Shown one piece after another: positions 1 through 9,008 of a DNA stretch of 64,000 bases. The position numbers were made by a program, and so were the translations under genes. The notes beneath the pieces were generated by a model. That model was given only the letters and a program-made list of their open reading frames with translations, searched no databases and had not been told where the DNA came from. The stretch is taken from contig JBIJDH010000018.1 of the NCBI GenBank assembly GCA_044344255.1, forward strand, positions 115,024-179,023. Reading direction: 5' to 3'. How positions within the stretch are numbered: the first letter of the stretch is position 1; each line of letters begins with the position of its first letter. This DNA comes from Myxococcota bacterium (lineage in GTDB: Bacteria; Myxococcota_A; UBA796; UBA2385).

Positions 1-1
1 C

Positions 2-1585
2 TGTTGGACCGTGGAGGACGCCCGCAGCCTCGACGGGCCGCCCGGCGCTATCACCGCCACGCTCCGCCGAGCCCGCGAGGGCGGCCTGAACATGCTGCGC
101 ATCGGCGGCACGATGGTCTATGGGAGCGACGAGCTCTATCAGGCGGCGGACGCGCTCGGTGTCCTCGTCTGGCAGGACCTCTCCTTCGCCAACCTCGACT
201 ACCCCTTCGCGGACCCTGATTTTTGCCGCGAGGCCACGGAGGAGGTGGAGGAGCAGCTCCGCCGCCTCCGCCGGCACCCGAGCCTCGCGGTCTGGTGCGG
301 GAACAGCGAGATCCAGCAGCAGGTGGCGATGCTCGGCCTGCCGCGGGAGCTGTGGGCCGACCCCTTCTTCACCGAGGCCGTGCCCGACCTCGTCCGCGCC
401 CTGCACCCGGGCGCGGCCTACTTCCCCTCCACGCCCTGTGAGGGCGCCCTCCCCTTTCACACCGCGACCGGCCTCACCCACTACTATGGGGTCGGGGCCT
501 ATCGGCGGCCCCTCTCCGATGTCCGGGCGGCCCGGGTGCGCTTCAGCCCCGAGTGCCTCGGCTTCTCGAACGTGCCCGACCAGCTCGCCCTCGAGCGGTT
601 GAGCGGCGGCGCCCTGCCGCTCCCGCACCAGCCCGCCTGGAAGGCCGGCGTGCCGCGGGACGCCGGCGCGGGCTGGGACTTCGAGGACGTGCGAGACCAC
701 TATCTCCAGTCCTTGTTCGGGGTTGACCCTGTCGCGCTCCGCAGCGTCGATCCGGAGCGTTACTTCGCCCTCTCCCGCGCCGTCACCGGCGAGCTGATGT
801 TGCGGGTCTTCGCCGAGTGGAGGCGGCCGGCGGGCCCCCGCGGCGACGGCGGCAGCGGCTGCGGCGGCGCCCTCGTCTGGTTCTTGAAGGACCTCCGCCC
901 CGGCGCCGGCTGGGGCATCCTCGACGACCAGGGTCGCCCGAAGGCGGCCTATTGGTACCTCCGCCGCGCCTGGGCGGGCCGCGCGGTCTTGATGACCGAG
1001 GAGGGGCAGGACGGCGTCGATCTGCACGTCCACAACGAGCACCCTGAGCCCCTGGTGGCCACGGTGGAGCTCGAGCTGCTGCGCGGGGGGCGCCAGCGGG
1101 TCGGCTGGGCGGCCCACCCCGTCACGCTCGAGCCCTGGGGCGCCCTCACCCTGCAAGGGGACGCCTTGCTCCCCTCCTTCTCTGACCTCGCCCTGGCCTA
1201 TCGTTTCGGGCCGCCGGGCCATGACGTCGTGGTGGCGCGGCTCGTCGGGGAGGGGGGCGCGCTCCTCCACGAGGACGCCGTCTTCCCGGGCGGGCACACG
1301 CTGCGGCCGGTGGAGGTCGGCGCCCTCCGCGCCCACGTCGCGCCCGCCGCCGACGGCGCGCTTTGGCTGCACCTCCGCGCCGAGGCCTTCCTCCAGACCG
1401 TCACGATCACGAGCCCGGGCTGGGAGGTCGAGGAGGACTGCCTCCACCTCTCTCCGGGGCGAGAGCGGGCGCTGCGCCTGACCGCGCTGCCGGTCGCCGC
1501 GGGGGCGCGGGCCCGGCCCTTCAAGGCGGAGGTGAGCGCGCTCAACCTCGAGGGCAGCCTGACCGTGCGGGGGCCCGCCGCCTGA
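2..1585 (+). CDS. Glycoside hydrolase family 2 (beta-mannosidase-like), 5'-partial
   Basis: Motifs LNMLRIGG, GVLVWQDLSFAN, RHPSLAVWCGNSE (acid/base Glu), RFSPECLGF, GALVW and GWGILD...PKAAYW. The frame is open to the window edge, so the N-terminus lies upstream. Confidence 0.88.
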   Translation, partial: CWTVEDARSLDGPPGAITATLRRAREGGLNMLRIGGTMVYGSDELYQAADALGVLVWQDLSFANLDYPFADPDFCREATEEVEEQLRRLRRHPSLAVWCGNSEIQQQVAMLGLPRELWADPFFTEAVPDLVRALHPGAAYFPSTPCEGALPFHTATGLTHYYGVGAYRRPLSDVRAARVRFSPECLGFSNVPDQLALERLSGGALPLPHQPAWKAGVPRDAGAGWDFEDVRDHYLQSLFGVDPVALRSVDPERYFALSRAVTGELMLRVFAEWRRPAGPRGDGGSGCGGALVWFLKDLRPGAGWGILDDQGRPKAAYWYLRRAWAGRAVLMTEEGQDGVDLHVHNEHPEPLVATVELELLRGGRQRVGWAAHPVTLEPWGALTLQGDALLPSFSDLALAYRFGPPGHDVVVARLVGEGGALLHEDAVFPGGHTLRPVEVGALRAHVAPAADGALWLHLRAEAFLQTVTITSPGWEVEEDCLHLSPGRERALRLTALPVAAGARARPFKAEVSALNLEGSLTVRGPAA

Positions 1586-1623
1586 GGGCCCGTTAGGGGG
1601 CGGGTGGACGGAGGGGGAGGCCC

Positions 1624-2253
1624 ATGTTCATCGGATGGCTCCTGATCGCGCTCGGGCTCGCCCGCGGCGCCCCCCGCCCGCCGCCCGAGGGCTGGACCGA
1701 CCTGTGCACCCTGCCCGGCCTGCTCTTCGAGGTGGGCTATGCCACGGCGCAGAATTTCACCGGGGCGCCGCTCCCTGGCTATGGCGAGCCCGGAGCCTGG
1801 CTGCGGAGCGCCCCCGCCGCCGCCCTGGCCGGGGCTCAGCGGGCGGCCGAGGGAGAGGGTCTCGCGATCCTCGTCTATGACGCCTATCGTCCAGAGCGGG
1901 CCAGCCGAGCGATGGTCGAGTGGGCGAAGCGGGAGGGCCAGCTCCGTCTTGTCACCGACGGCTACGTCGCGGCCCGCTCCCGACACAACCGCGGCGTCGC
2001 CGTTGACCTCACCCTCGCCCGGGACGGTCAGCCTCTCGACATGGGCACCCCCTGGGACCACTTCTCCGAGGCCAGCCATGGTGTCAACGCGGAGGGCCTC
2101 CCGCGAGAGAACCGGGACCGCCTCTCCCGTATCCTGGTCGCCGCTGGCTTTCGGCCCTATTCGAAGGAGTGGTGGCACTTCTCCTGGCCCGCGGACGCCG
2201 CCCCCATCGACATCCCGTACGAGGATGACATCCCTGACGAGGACAGCCCATGA
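1624..2253 (+). CDS. ddpX: D-alanyl-D-alanine dipeptidase (M15D, VanX/DdpX family), secreted
   Basis: YDAYRP, SRHNRGVAVDLTL (SxHxxGxAxD Zn site), DMGTPWDHFS and EWWHF motifs; N-terminal signal peptide; GGAGG RBS. Confidence 0.9.
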   Translation: MFIGWLLIALGLARGAPRPPPEGWTDLCTLPGLLFEVGYATAQNFTGAPLPGYGEPGAWLRSAPAAALAGAQRAAEGEGLAILVYDAYRPERASRAMVEWAKREGQLRLVTDGYVAARSRHNRGVAVDLTLARDGQPLDMGTPWDHFSEASHGVNAEGLPRENRDRLSRILVAAGFRPYSKEWWHFSWPADAAPIDIPYEDDIPDEDSP

Positions 2254-3581
2254 ATCGCCTGAAGAAGGTCGGCGCCCCCCTGTTCGGCCTGTTTTTGCTC
2301 GGGGCGGCCCCCTCCGCGCCGGCCGCCCCGGGCGCGGAGGGCCCCGCGTGGCGGCAGCTCCGCGCCCCCGCGGCCTCCGCGAGCTCCTATCTCAAGAGCA
2401 ACTGGAACAAGTACGAAGAGAACTACCACCCGAACTACGTGCTCGACGGAGACCCGCGCACCGCCTGGGTGGAGGGAGACGCGGGTGATGGTGTGGGGGC
2501 CACCCTCTCGATCCCCCTCTCCACGCTCTCTTCGGCGCGGGCGATCAAGCTGCGGGTCCGCAACGGCTATCAGAAGAGCGAGGCGCTGCTGCTGGCCAAC
2601 GGCGCCCCCTCGGCGGTGACCGCCACCGTCACCCGGCACGGCGCGCCGGTGGCGAGCCTGCCGCTCACCCTGTCGGCGACGATGGGCTGGCAGGAGTTCA
2701 CCCTCCCAGTCCCCGCGGGAGCGTCGATCGACGGGGTCGAGCTCCGGCTGGAGTCGGTGCGAGCGGGGAAGACCTACAAGGACACCTGCATCTCGGACGT
2801 CGAGCTGTGGTCGGACTCCGACGTGCCCTACGCCGCCGCGGTCGAGGCGGCCAAGCACGCTGCGGTGGTCGGCTGGATCGGCGAGCGGGTCGCGGCGGCG
2901 CGGTACTTCGCCGCCCTCCCGCCGAGCTGGCCCTACGCCGGCACCGACCTCCAGTGGAGGGACCTCCCCACCCGCTCCGAGGCCGCCTTTGAGGCGGCGG
3001 CCGGCCCGCTCCGGGCGGCGGCGAGCGCGGTCCTGGCGCAGGGGCCGCGCTACAAGCCGGCCTTTCAGACGACCTGGCGGGACCCGGACGGGGTCTATGA
3101 GCCCGCGCTCCTGTCCTCCTTCCTCCTGTCCGCCAACGTCTCCTTCTTCGAGACGGACAAGGAGGTCGTCAAGGACCTCCGAACCACCGACGACGAGTAC
3201 GCGCGGGAGGACGCCCTCCGCGATCTCCACGTCGAGTGGGCCGGGGCGGACCAGCGCACCGCCGCCGGTGTGGCCTATCGCCACCGCAGCGTCTGGGACG
3301 AGCGGACCTTGACCACCCGAAATCGCGAAGTCTATCTTCAGTACGACGCCCAGGGCCGGCTGGCCCGGTGGTGGACCTTGGCGAACGAGCAGGAGGGCTC
3401 TGGCCGCTGCGGCGCCACTCGAGCGGAGACGGTGGGGGTGGTGGTCTGGAGCGCCGCTGGCAAGGTGGAGGGGCTGGAGTCTGTCGAGCGCTACATGAAC
3501 CACCGCTACGACGACGCCGCGGGCGACTGCGCAGCGGCCTGGACCACGGAGCTCCGGGTGCAGGCGGGGGCATTCCGCTGA
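2250..3581 (+). CDS. Secreted protein with N-terminal discoidin-like (NADase-type glycan-binding) domain
   Basis: Signal peptide; ASASSYL, LDGDPRTAWVEG, NGYQKS and DTCISDVEL motifs; ATGA overlap with ddpX. Confidence 0.65.
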   Translation: MNRLKKVGAPLFGLFLLGAAPSAPAAPGAEGPAWRQLRAPAASASSYLKSNWNKYEENYHPNYVLDGDPRTAWVEGDAGDGVGATLSIPLSTLSSARAIKLRVRNGYQKSEALLLANGAPSAVTATVTRHGAPVASLPLTLSATMGWQEFTLPVPAGASIDGVELRLESVRAGKTYKDTCISDVELWSDSDVPYAAAVEAAKHAAVVGWIGERVAAARYFAALPPSWPYAGTDLQWRDLPTRSEAAFEAAAGPLRAAASAVLAQGPRYKPAFQTTWRDPDGVYEPALLSSFLLSANVSFFETDKEVVKDLRTTDDEYAREDALRDLHVEWAGADQRTAAGVAYRHRSVWDERTLTTRNREVYLQYDAQGRLARWWTLANEQEGSGRCGATRAETVGVVVWSAAGKVEGLESVERYMNHRYDDAAGDCAAAWTTELRVQAGAFR

Positions 3582-4603
3582 GCGGGCTCCCGCTGAGCTG
3601 GCTCCCGCTGCTGCTGCTCGTGGGCTTCGACTGGGGGCTCGATCCGGCGCGGCGGCCCCTCGAGGGGCCCTTCGTGAGCGCGGCGGTCTGCCTCGACTGC
3701 CACCCGGCGCAGGTGGCGGAGTGGCGCCCCAGCCGACACGCGCGCGCCTGGACCGACGAGGTCTTTCGAGAGGGCTTCATCCAGGAGCCGCTCGAGCCCT
3801 GCGCCTCCTGCCACGCCCCCTTCGCCGAGCAGAGCCGCGAGGCCCTCCGCAACCTGCCGCATTACCGCTCTCGCCGGCGGGTGGACGGGGGGCCGATCGT
3901 GCCCGCGCTGCCGGAGCCGAAGGCCGAGGAGGGGGTGACCTGCGCGGTCTGTCACCTCCGCGGCGGCGTGGTGGTCGGGCCCGGCCTCGGCGGCGTGGCG
4001 GCTCACCCCGTCGAGGTCAGCCCCGGCCTCCGCGACGGCGAGGTCTGTCGGCCCTGCCACGAATTTCCTTTTGTGGAGTCGGTAGACGGGCGGCTCGTGG
4101 TCACCGACGAGCCCATGCAGCGCACCTGGACCGAGTGGCGCGCCAGCGGCTCGACGGAGACCTGCGTGGGCTGCCACATGCCGGCCGGCAGCCACCGCCT
4201 CCGCGGCATCGATGATCTGGACTGGCTCCGCGCCTCGGTGGTGGTGAGCGCGGACGCCGCCGGCTTCACGCTCCACAGCGTCGGGGTCGGCCACAACCTG
4301 CCCACGGGGGACCTCTTCCGCCGCCTCAGCCTGGAGGTGGAGGGGGCGGTGGTGGCAGAGCTCGGGCGCCGCTTCGCCCTCCGCGAGGAGGCCGACGGCC
4401 TGCACAAGCGCGAGGTCGCCGACACCACCCTCCGCCCCGGGGAGGCGCGCCGCGTCCCCTACCCGGGCGCCGATCGGGCCCGCTGGCGCCTGCTGTACCA
4501 CAAGGGCTCGCCGGAGGACGAGGCGCGGGCCCGAGTCTCCTCTGATCGGCTGGTGATCGAGCTCGCCGCCTCCCCCAGCGCGCGGGGCGCCGGCCGAGAG
4601 TGA
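3578..4603 (+). CDS. Multiheme (5 x CxxCH) cytochrome c, c554-like family
   Basis: CLDCH, CASCH, CAVCH, CRPCH and CVGCH; WRPSRHARAW and GHNLPTGD motifs. Start uncertain: CTG 3578 overlapping the upstream stop keeps the hydrophobic leader; GTG 3620 is the alternative. Confidence 0.85.
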   Translation: MSGLPLSWLPLLLLVGFDWGLDPARRPLEGPFVSAAVCLDCHPAQVAEWRPSRHARAWTDEVFREGFIQEPLEPCASCHAPFAEQSREALRNLPHYRSRRRVDGGPIVPALPEPKAEEGVTCAVCHLRGGVVVGPGLGGVAAHPVEVSPGLRDGEVCRPCHEFPFVESVDGRLVVTDEPMQRTWTEWRASGSTETCVGCHMPAGSHRLRGIDDLDWLRASVVVSADAAGFTLHSVGVGHNLPTGDLFRRLSLEVEGAVVAELGRRFALREEADGLHKREVADTTLRPGEARRVPYPGADRARWRLLYHKGSPEDEARARVSSDRLVIELAASPSARGAGRE

Positions 4604-4761
4604 CGGATGTGGGAAGTGTGAGGGGTCCGCCGATCGGGGAGGTCCGATAGCGGGGTGGGGCGGGCGATGGCCGCTGTCCCTCGTGGCCCAGTCCAATTTC
4701 CTCTCGCTGATCCCCGAATCCCCAGCCTCGAAAACCCTGTTCACTGTGTTGGAGTGCACTC

Positions 4762-7425
4762 ATGCGCCTCGAACGTCTCTTGTTCACGCTCGCCTTCGCC
4801 GCCACCCTCCCCGGCTGCGGGGACAAGGATGACACCGCCGCACCCCCCTCGGACGATGGCGGAGATGAGACCGGCGCGCCTTGCGAGGATGAGGTGCCTC
4901 CCGAGCTCTGTGACGGCCTCGACAACGACAACGACGGCGCCGTAGACGAGGACTTCAGCGACGCCGACCTCGACGGTACGGCCGACTGCATGGAGACCAC
5001 CGACGAGTGTGACCACATCGACAACGACGGCGACGGGGCCGTGGACGAAGACGGCGGTGACGCCGATGAAGACGGCATCGTAGACTGCGACGACGTCGAG
5101 GACTGTGACTGTGTCGACAACAACGGCGACGGCACGGTGGACGAGGGCTGCGCCTACGAGCTCGGCATCACCGCCTCGGGCGACGACACCGCCACCCTCT
5201 ATGTGGACGGGGCCACCATCGGCGGCACCTCGGGCTGGTCTGTCCCCGGCTCCTTCGCGGTCGGCGTGAGCGGGAGCCAGCACTGGGTGGCCGCCACCGT
5301 CTCCGACGTGAGCGGCGTACAGGCTGGCTTTATCGCCGCCGTCTATGTCAACGGCGTGCTCACCTCCGTCACCGGCGACGGATCCTGGTTCGGCTCCACC
5401 GGCTCCCCCTCCGCGGCGGGCTGGGCCACCTCCACCGCCGGCCTGTCCGAGGCCACCGTGGCCTCGTGCACCTGGGGCGGCCTCCCCGCCTTCACCGGCA
5501 CGGGGGCGGAGTGGGTCTGGGAGGGTGACTGCGCCGATGAGCGCAGCTTCCCCCGCGCCTGGTACGTGGCCGAGATCAACATCTGCCCCGAGTCCGAGAC
5601 CTGTGACGGGGAGGACAACGACGGGGACGGCGAGGCCGACGAGGGCTTCGGCGACATCGACGAGGACGGCGTCGCCGACTGTGTAGACATCGAAGACTGC
5701 GACGGCCTCGACAACACGGGCGAGGGGCTGATCGACGAGGACCTCCCGGACAGCGACGGCGACGGCACCTGCGACGAGCGCGACAAGGAAGAGTGTGACG
5801 GCCTCGACAACGACGGCAACGGTGAGGTCGACGAGCTCTACAACGACACGGACGGCGACGGCATCGCCGACTGTATCGACGAGGAGGAGTGTGACGGCCT
5901 CGACAACGACGGTGACGGCGGCATTGACGAGGGCTACGGCGACAGCGACGAAGACGGGACGGCCGACTGCGTCGACAAGGAGGAGTGTGATGGCCTCGAC
6001 AACGACGGCGACGGGAAGGTGGACGAGCTCTGGGGCGACGTGGACGGTGACTCCATCGTGGACTGCCTCGACGTCGAGGACTGTGACGGCATCGACAACG
6101 ACGGCGACGGCGCGGTCGATGAGGATTGGGCCGACACCGACGGCGACGGCGTGGGCGACTGCGAGCCCGAGGCCTGTGACTGCGAGGACAACGACGGCGA
6201 CGGCCTCGTGGACGAGGACTGCAAGTACAGCCTGTCCGTGATCGGCGCCGCCGACGACACCTTTGACCTCTACCTCGACGGCGCGGCCTGGGGCACGGGC
6301 TCGGGCTGGGGCACGCCCGACACCTTCACCACCTCGGTGATGGGCGGCACGCACCACATCGCCGCCGAGGCGAGCGACATCTACGGCGCCTACGCGGGCT
6401 TCGCGGCGGTGGTCTCCGTGGACGGCGTCGATCAGGCCGCCACGGGGGACGGGCTGTTCATGGGAGAGGCGGGCGTGCCGACCGGCACGGGCTGGAGCAC
6501 CTCGACCCTCGGCCTCTCGAGCGAGCAGGTGGTGGTCGGCCCCTGGGGGCTGCCGGGTGACCTCGCAGGTACGGGCGCCGAGTGGGTGTGGCAGGGCGGC
6601 AGCATGGAGTCGGACTCGGACTGGGTGACCGACAGCTACTACGTGCTCGAGCTCGACCTCTGCGGCAGCTACGAGCCCGAGGTCTGTGACGGCGTGGACA
6701 ACGACGAAGACGGAGAGATCGACGAGGGCTACTCGGACGTGGACGAAGACGGCGTCGCCGACTGCGTGGACGAAGAGACCTGCGGCGACGAGCTCGACAA
6801 CGACGGCGACGGCTCGGTGGACGAGGACTGCATCGGCGACTGCCCGGCCCCCACCTACAAGAGCGTCTGCACCATCACCCTGTCCTCGGGCGCGGTGAGC
6901 TGCACCGGCGCCAACCCGATGACCCTCATCAGTACGAGCTCGGGCTACACCTACGAGCTCCAGATGGCGGAGTTCGACATCGCCACCTTCAACACCCTGT
7001 TCTCGGGGCCGAAGGACTGGGCCCTGCACATCTCGGACTCCCCCACCGGCGACGGCAACAGCGGGGACGGCGGGGACTTCGAGAACGACTCGGAGTTCCA
7101 GGTCTTCGGCACCTCGGTGGCGCTCTACGGCTCCGACGTGGTGAGCTCGGCCCTCCAGTTCAGTCAGTCCTCGGCCTTCGCGACCTACGAGGAGACGGAG
7201 TCCGTCCTCTGTGACAGCTACTTCTCCTTCGAGAGCAGCACCACCTTCCTCGAGGCGCGCGGCGCCGGGGTGTTCCAGATTGACGGCGATGAGCCCGACA
7301 GCGGCTCGGCGGCGAGCGGCGGCTTCAATGACCGGGCGGTCTACCTCGGCGTCAATCGAGTGGTGGGCTCCACGTCGCGGACGGGCTCGGGCGTGAAGGC
7401 GATCACGGTCACCTTCGGGAAGTGA
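4762..7425 (+). CDS. Large acidic lipoprotein with MopE-type metal-binding repeats and two CBM67/lectin-like domains
   Basis: Lipobox TLPGC; many CDG(L/I)DNDGDGxxDE repeats; two homologous domains with (G/A)DD...LY(V/L)DG...GW...AGF...TGDG...GAEWVW. Confidence 0.8.
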   Translation: MRLERLLFTLAFAATLPGCGDKDDTAAPPSDDGGDETGAPCEDEVPPELCDGLDNDNDGAVDEDFSDADLDGTADCMETTDECDHIDNDGDGAVDEDGGDADEDGIVDCDDVEDCDCVDNNGDGTVDEGCAYELGITASGDDTATLYVDGATIGGTSGWSVPGSFAVGVSGSQHWVAATVSDVSGVQAGFIAAVYVNGVLTSVTGDGSWFGSTGSPSAAGWATSTAGLSEATVASCTWGGLPAFTGTGAEWVWEGDCADERSFPRAWYVAEINICPESETCDGEDNDGDGEADEGFGDIDEDGVADCVDIEDCDGLDNTGEGLIDEDLPDSDGDGTCDERDKEECDGLDNDGNGEVDELYNDTDGDGIADCIDEEECDGLDNDGDGGIDEGYGDSDEDGTADCVDKEECDGLDNDGDGKVDELWGDVDGDSIVDCLDVEDCDGIDNDGDGAVDEDWADTDGDGVGDCEPEACDCEDNDGDGLVDEDCKYSLSVIGAADDTFDLYLDGAAWGTGSGWGTPDTFTTSVMGGTHHIAAEASDIYGAYAGFAAVVSVDGVDQAATGDGLFMGEAGVPTGTGWSTSTLGLSSEQVVVGPWGLPGDLAGTGAEWVWQGGSMESDSDWVTDSYYVLELDLCGSYEPEVCDGVDNDEDGEIDEGYSDVDEDGVADCVDEETCGDELDNDGDGSVDEDCIGDCPAPTYKSVCTITLSSGAVSCTGANPMTLISTSSGYTYELQMAEFDIATFNTLFSGPKDWALHISDSPTGDGNSGDGGDFENDSEFQVFGTSVALYGSDVVSSALQFSQSSAFATYEETESVLCDSYFSFESSTTFLEARGAGVFQIDGDEPDSGSAASGGFNDRAVYLGVNRVVGSTSRTGSGVKAITVTFGK

Positions 7426-7477
7426 CCCCGCATGGGCCGCCGGGGGCCCCCGCGGGGGCGACCCGGCGCGCCGCGCG

Positions 7478-7500
7478 CCCTATTCGGGGATGATGGGGGG
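7478..7500. repeat. 23-bp direct repeat, copy 1 (CCCTATTCGGGGATGATGGGGGG)
   Basis: Matches 8590-8612 at 22 of 23 positions. Confidence 0.85.
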
Positions 7501-7677
7501 GCCTGAGCTCTGCCCGCCGTCCCATTGGTACCGGTTCCCGGTCCGCACGTCGGCGTAGTTGTAGACGGTGGGGGTGACGTACCTCTGCCCCTCCCGCTCC
7601 AGGCCGACCTCGTCGCTCGACCGCCGCGGCCGCAAAGGCGGCGGCGAGCGCTATGTGATCAGCCATGGGGGCAGGGG

Positions 7678-8292
7678 GTATCGGCGGCCCTGCTCGCGAC
7701 CATGCCCGAGTACCGGGACCGTTTCGGACCGCAGATCCTCGCCGCCGACGTTCGTATCGGCGTACGCGCCGTGGCCATCCTCTTCACCGACCTCACCGGC
7801 TCGGCCGCCCTCTATCACGAGCAGGGTGACGCCGCGGCCTTCCGTTTTGTCCACGAGCACTTCGCCATCCTGGAGGCGGCGGTGGTGGGCAATCAGGGCG
7901 TGCGGGTGAAGACCATCGGGGATGCGCTGATGGCCGCCTTTCACAGCCCCTCAGACGCCGTGCGGGCCGCCACGGAGATGATGGAGGGCTTCCGCAAATG
8001 GGTGGGGAGCTGGGCCCTCAAACGACAGCCCGGCCTCAAGGTGGGAATCCACTTCGGCCCCGCGATGGCCGTCCACACCGATGGTGCGGGCCTCGACTAC
8101 TTTGGCGGCACGGTGAACCTCGCGGCCCGGGCCGAGGGGAAGGCCTCCGGCGGCGTGGCCGTATGGACAGAGGCCGTACAGTCTGACCCTGGGGTGCTCG
8201 CCTTCCTACAGGCGGGTGGCCGGCAGGCAGAGCCCTTTCTGGCCGATGTGAAGGGGCTGCCAGAGCCCGTCACCCTCTATCGGCTGGCTTGA
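7678..8292 (+). pseudogene. Class III adenylate/guanylate cyclase domain, N-terminally truncated (or a short standalone CDS from ATG 7702)
   Basis: ILFTDLTGS, VKTIGDALMAAF, KVGIHFGP and DYFGGTVNLAAR motifs. The segment before them (SAALLATMPEYRDRFG) resembles the tail of DUF5939-cyclase proteins; further upstream the sequence is unrelated. Confidence 0.75.
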
Positions 8293-8405
8293 ATGGGTGG
8301 CGCCGATCACGTTGCCGAAGACGAGGTCACTCGCGGTGCGGAGGCGCTGGGCCGTCGGCGCGTCCTGCACGCCACCCCGGCGCCCACCCACCCCTGGAGC
8401 CTCCC

Positions 8406-8516
8406 ATGAACGCCCCCATCAAGCCTGTCTTCGCCTCCTCCTCCCGCGTCTCTGTCACCGTCAAGACCGGCCTCCGCGCTGGCCGCGCCCTCGAGGAGGG
8501 ACAGAAGCGCGGCTGA
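8406..8516 (+). CDS. 36-aa small peptide MNAPIKPVFASSSRVSVTVKTGLRAGRALEEGQKRG
   Basis: GGAG RBS just upstream of the ATG, host-like codon usage, and a hairpin immediately downstream. Confidence 0.6.
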   Translation: MNAPIKPVFASSSRVSVTVKTGLRAGRALEEGQKRG

Positions 8517-8526
8517 GGGACAGAGA

Positions 8527-8560
8527 CGGAGCGGGTCGATTCGGCCCGCTCCGACTGTTT
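8527..8560 (+). terminator. Probable intrinsic terminator
   Basis: 12-bp stem CGGAGCGGGTCG/CGGCCCGCTCCG (one G-U pair), 3-nt loop, followed by ACTGTTT. Confidence 0.55.
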
Positions 8561-8589
8561 ACCCGTCCTCATTCTCCCTCTCCCCGCCC

Positions 8590-8612
8590 CCCTATTCGGG
8601 GATGACGGGGGG
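8590..8612. repeat. 23-bp direct repeat, copy 2 (CCCTATTCGGGGATGACGGGGGG)
   Basis: Matches 7478-7500 at 22 of 23 positions. Confidence 0.85.
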
Positions 8613-8832
8613 ACGGCGGAGTCTCGGACGAGCGCGTCCCAGGCCTCCTTCGCCACATTGGGGTCGAGCTTCAGCTCCTTCTCGACCTCCATCCGGTTGA
8701 TCTTCTTGAGCTCTGCATAGAGGTCCTCGATGTCATCGAGGTGATCGGTGACCGCATTGAGCGCCTTCTTCGCGTTGACCAGGCCTCCAGCGCCTTTCGT
8801 TCCCGCTCGGCGATCTCCTCGAGGTCTTTCAT
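8613..8832 (-). pseudogene. Frameshifted fragment of a helical protein (MKDLEEIAERERKALEA/LVNAKKALNAVTDHLDDIEDLYAELKKINRMEVEKELKLDPNVAKEAWDALVRD)
   Basis: Coding-like codons in two frames, joined if one base is restored near 8782; the frame then runs into the 23-bp repeat. Confidence 0.5.
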
Positions 8833-9008
8833 CCCGGAAACGGGCTGGGCCCTTCGGTGATGGTGGGGACTACGGCAGGGAAGCGGGCCCGAATTTCGCT
8901 GAGCTCTGGCAGGAGGAACCTCCGCCGCCGACGCACCGTGTTCAGGCGGCGGTGCAAGGAGGTGGACGGAGGTGCAAGGAACAGCCGCCCCGTGAGGAGG
9001 GCGCGCGT

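Noticed and set aside
1624..2253. vanX as part of a vancomycin-resistance cluster
   Set aside because: No vanH, vanA or vanRS nearby; stand-alone DdpX-type enzymes are common.
4708..4720. Partial inverted match (ATCCCCGAAT) to the 23-bp repeat
   Set aside because: Only about 10 nt match, which is compatible with chance.
7478..8612. 23-bp repeats as a CRISPR array or integron attC sites
   Set aside because: Only two copies 1.1 kb apart, no cas genes, no internal palindrome and no RYYYAAC/GTTRRRY boxes.
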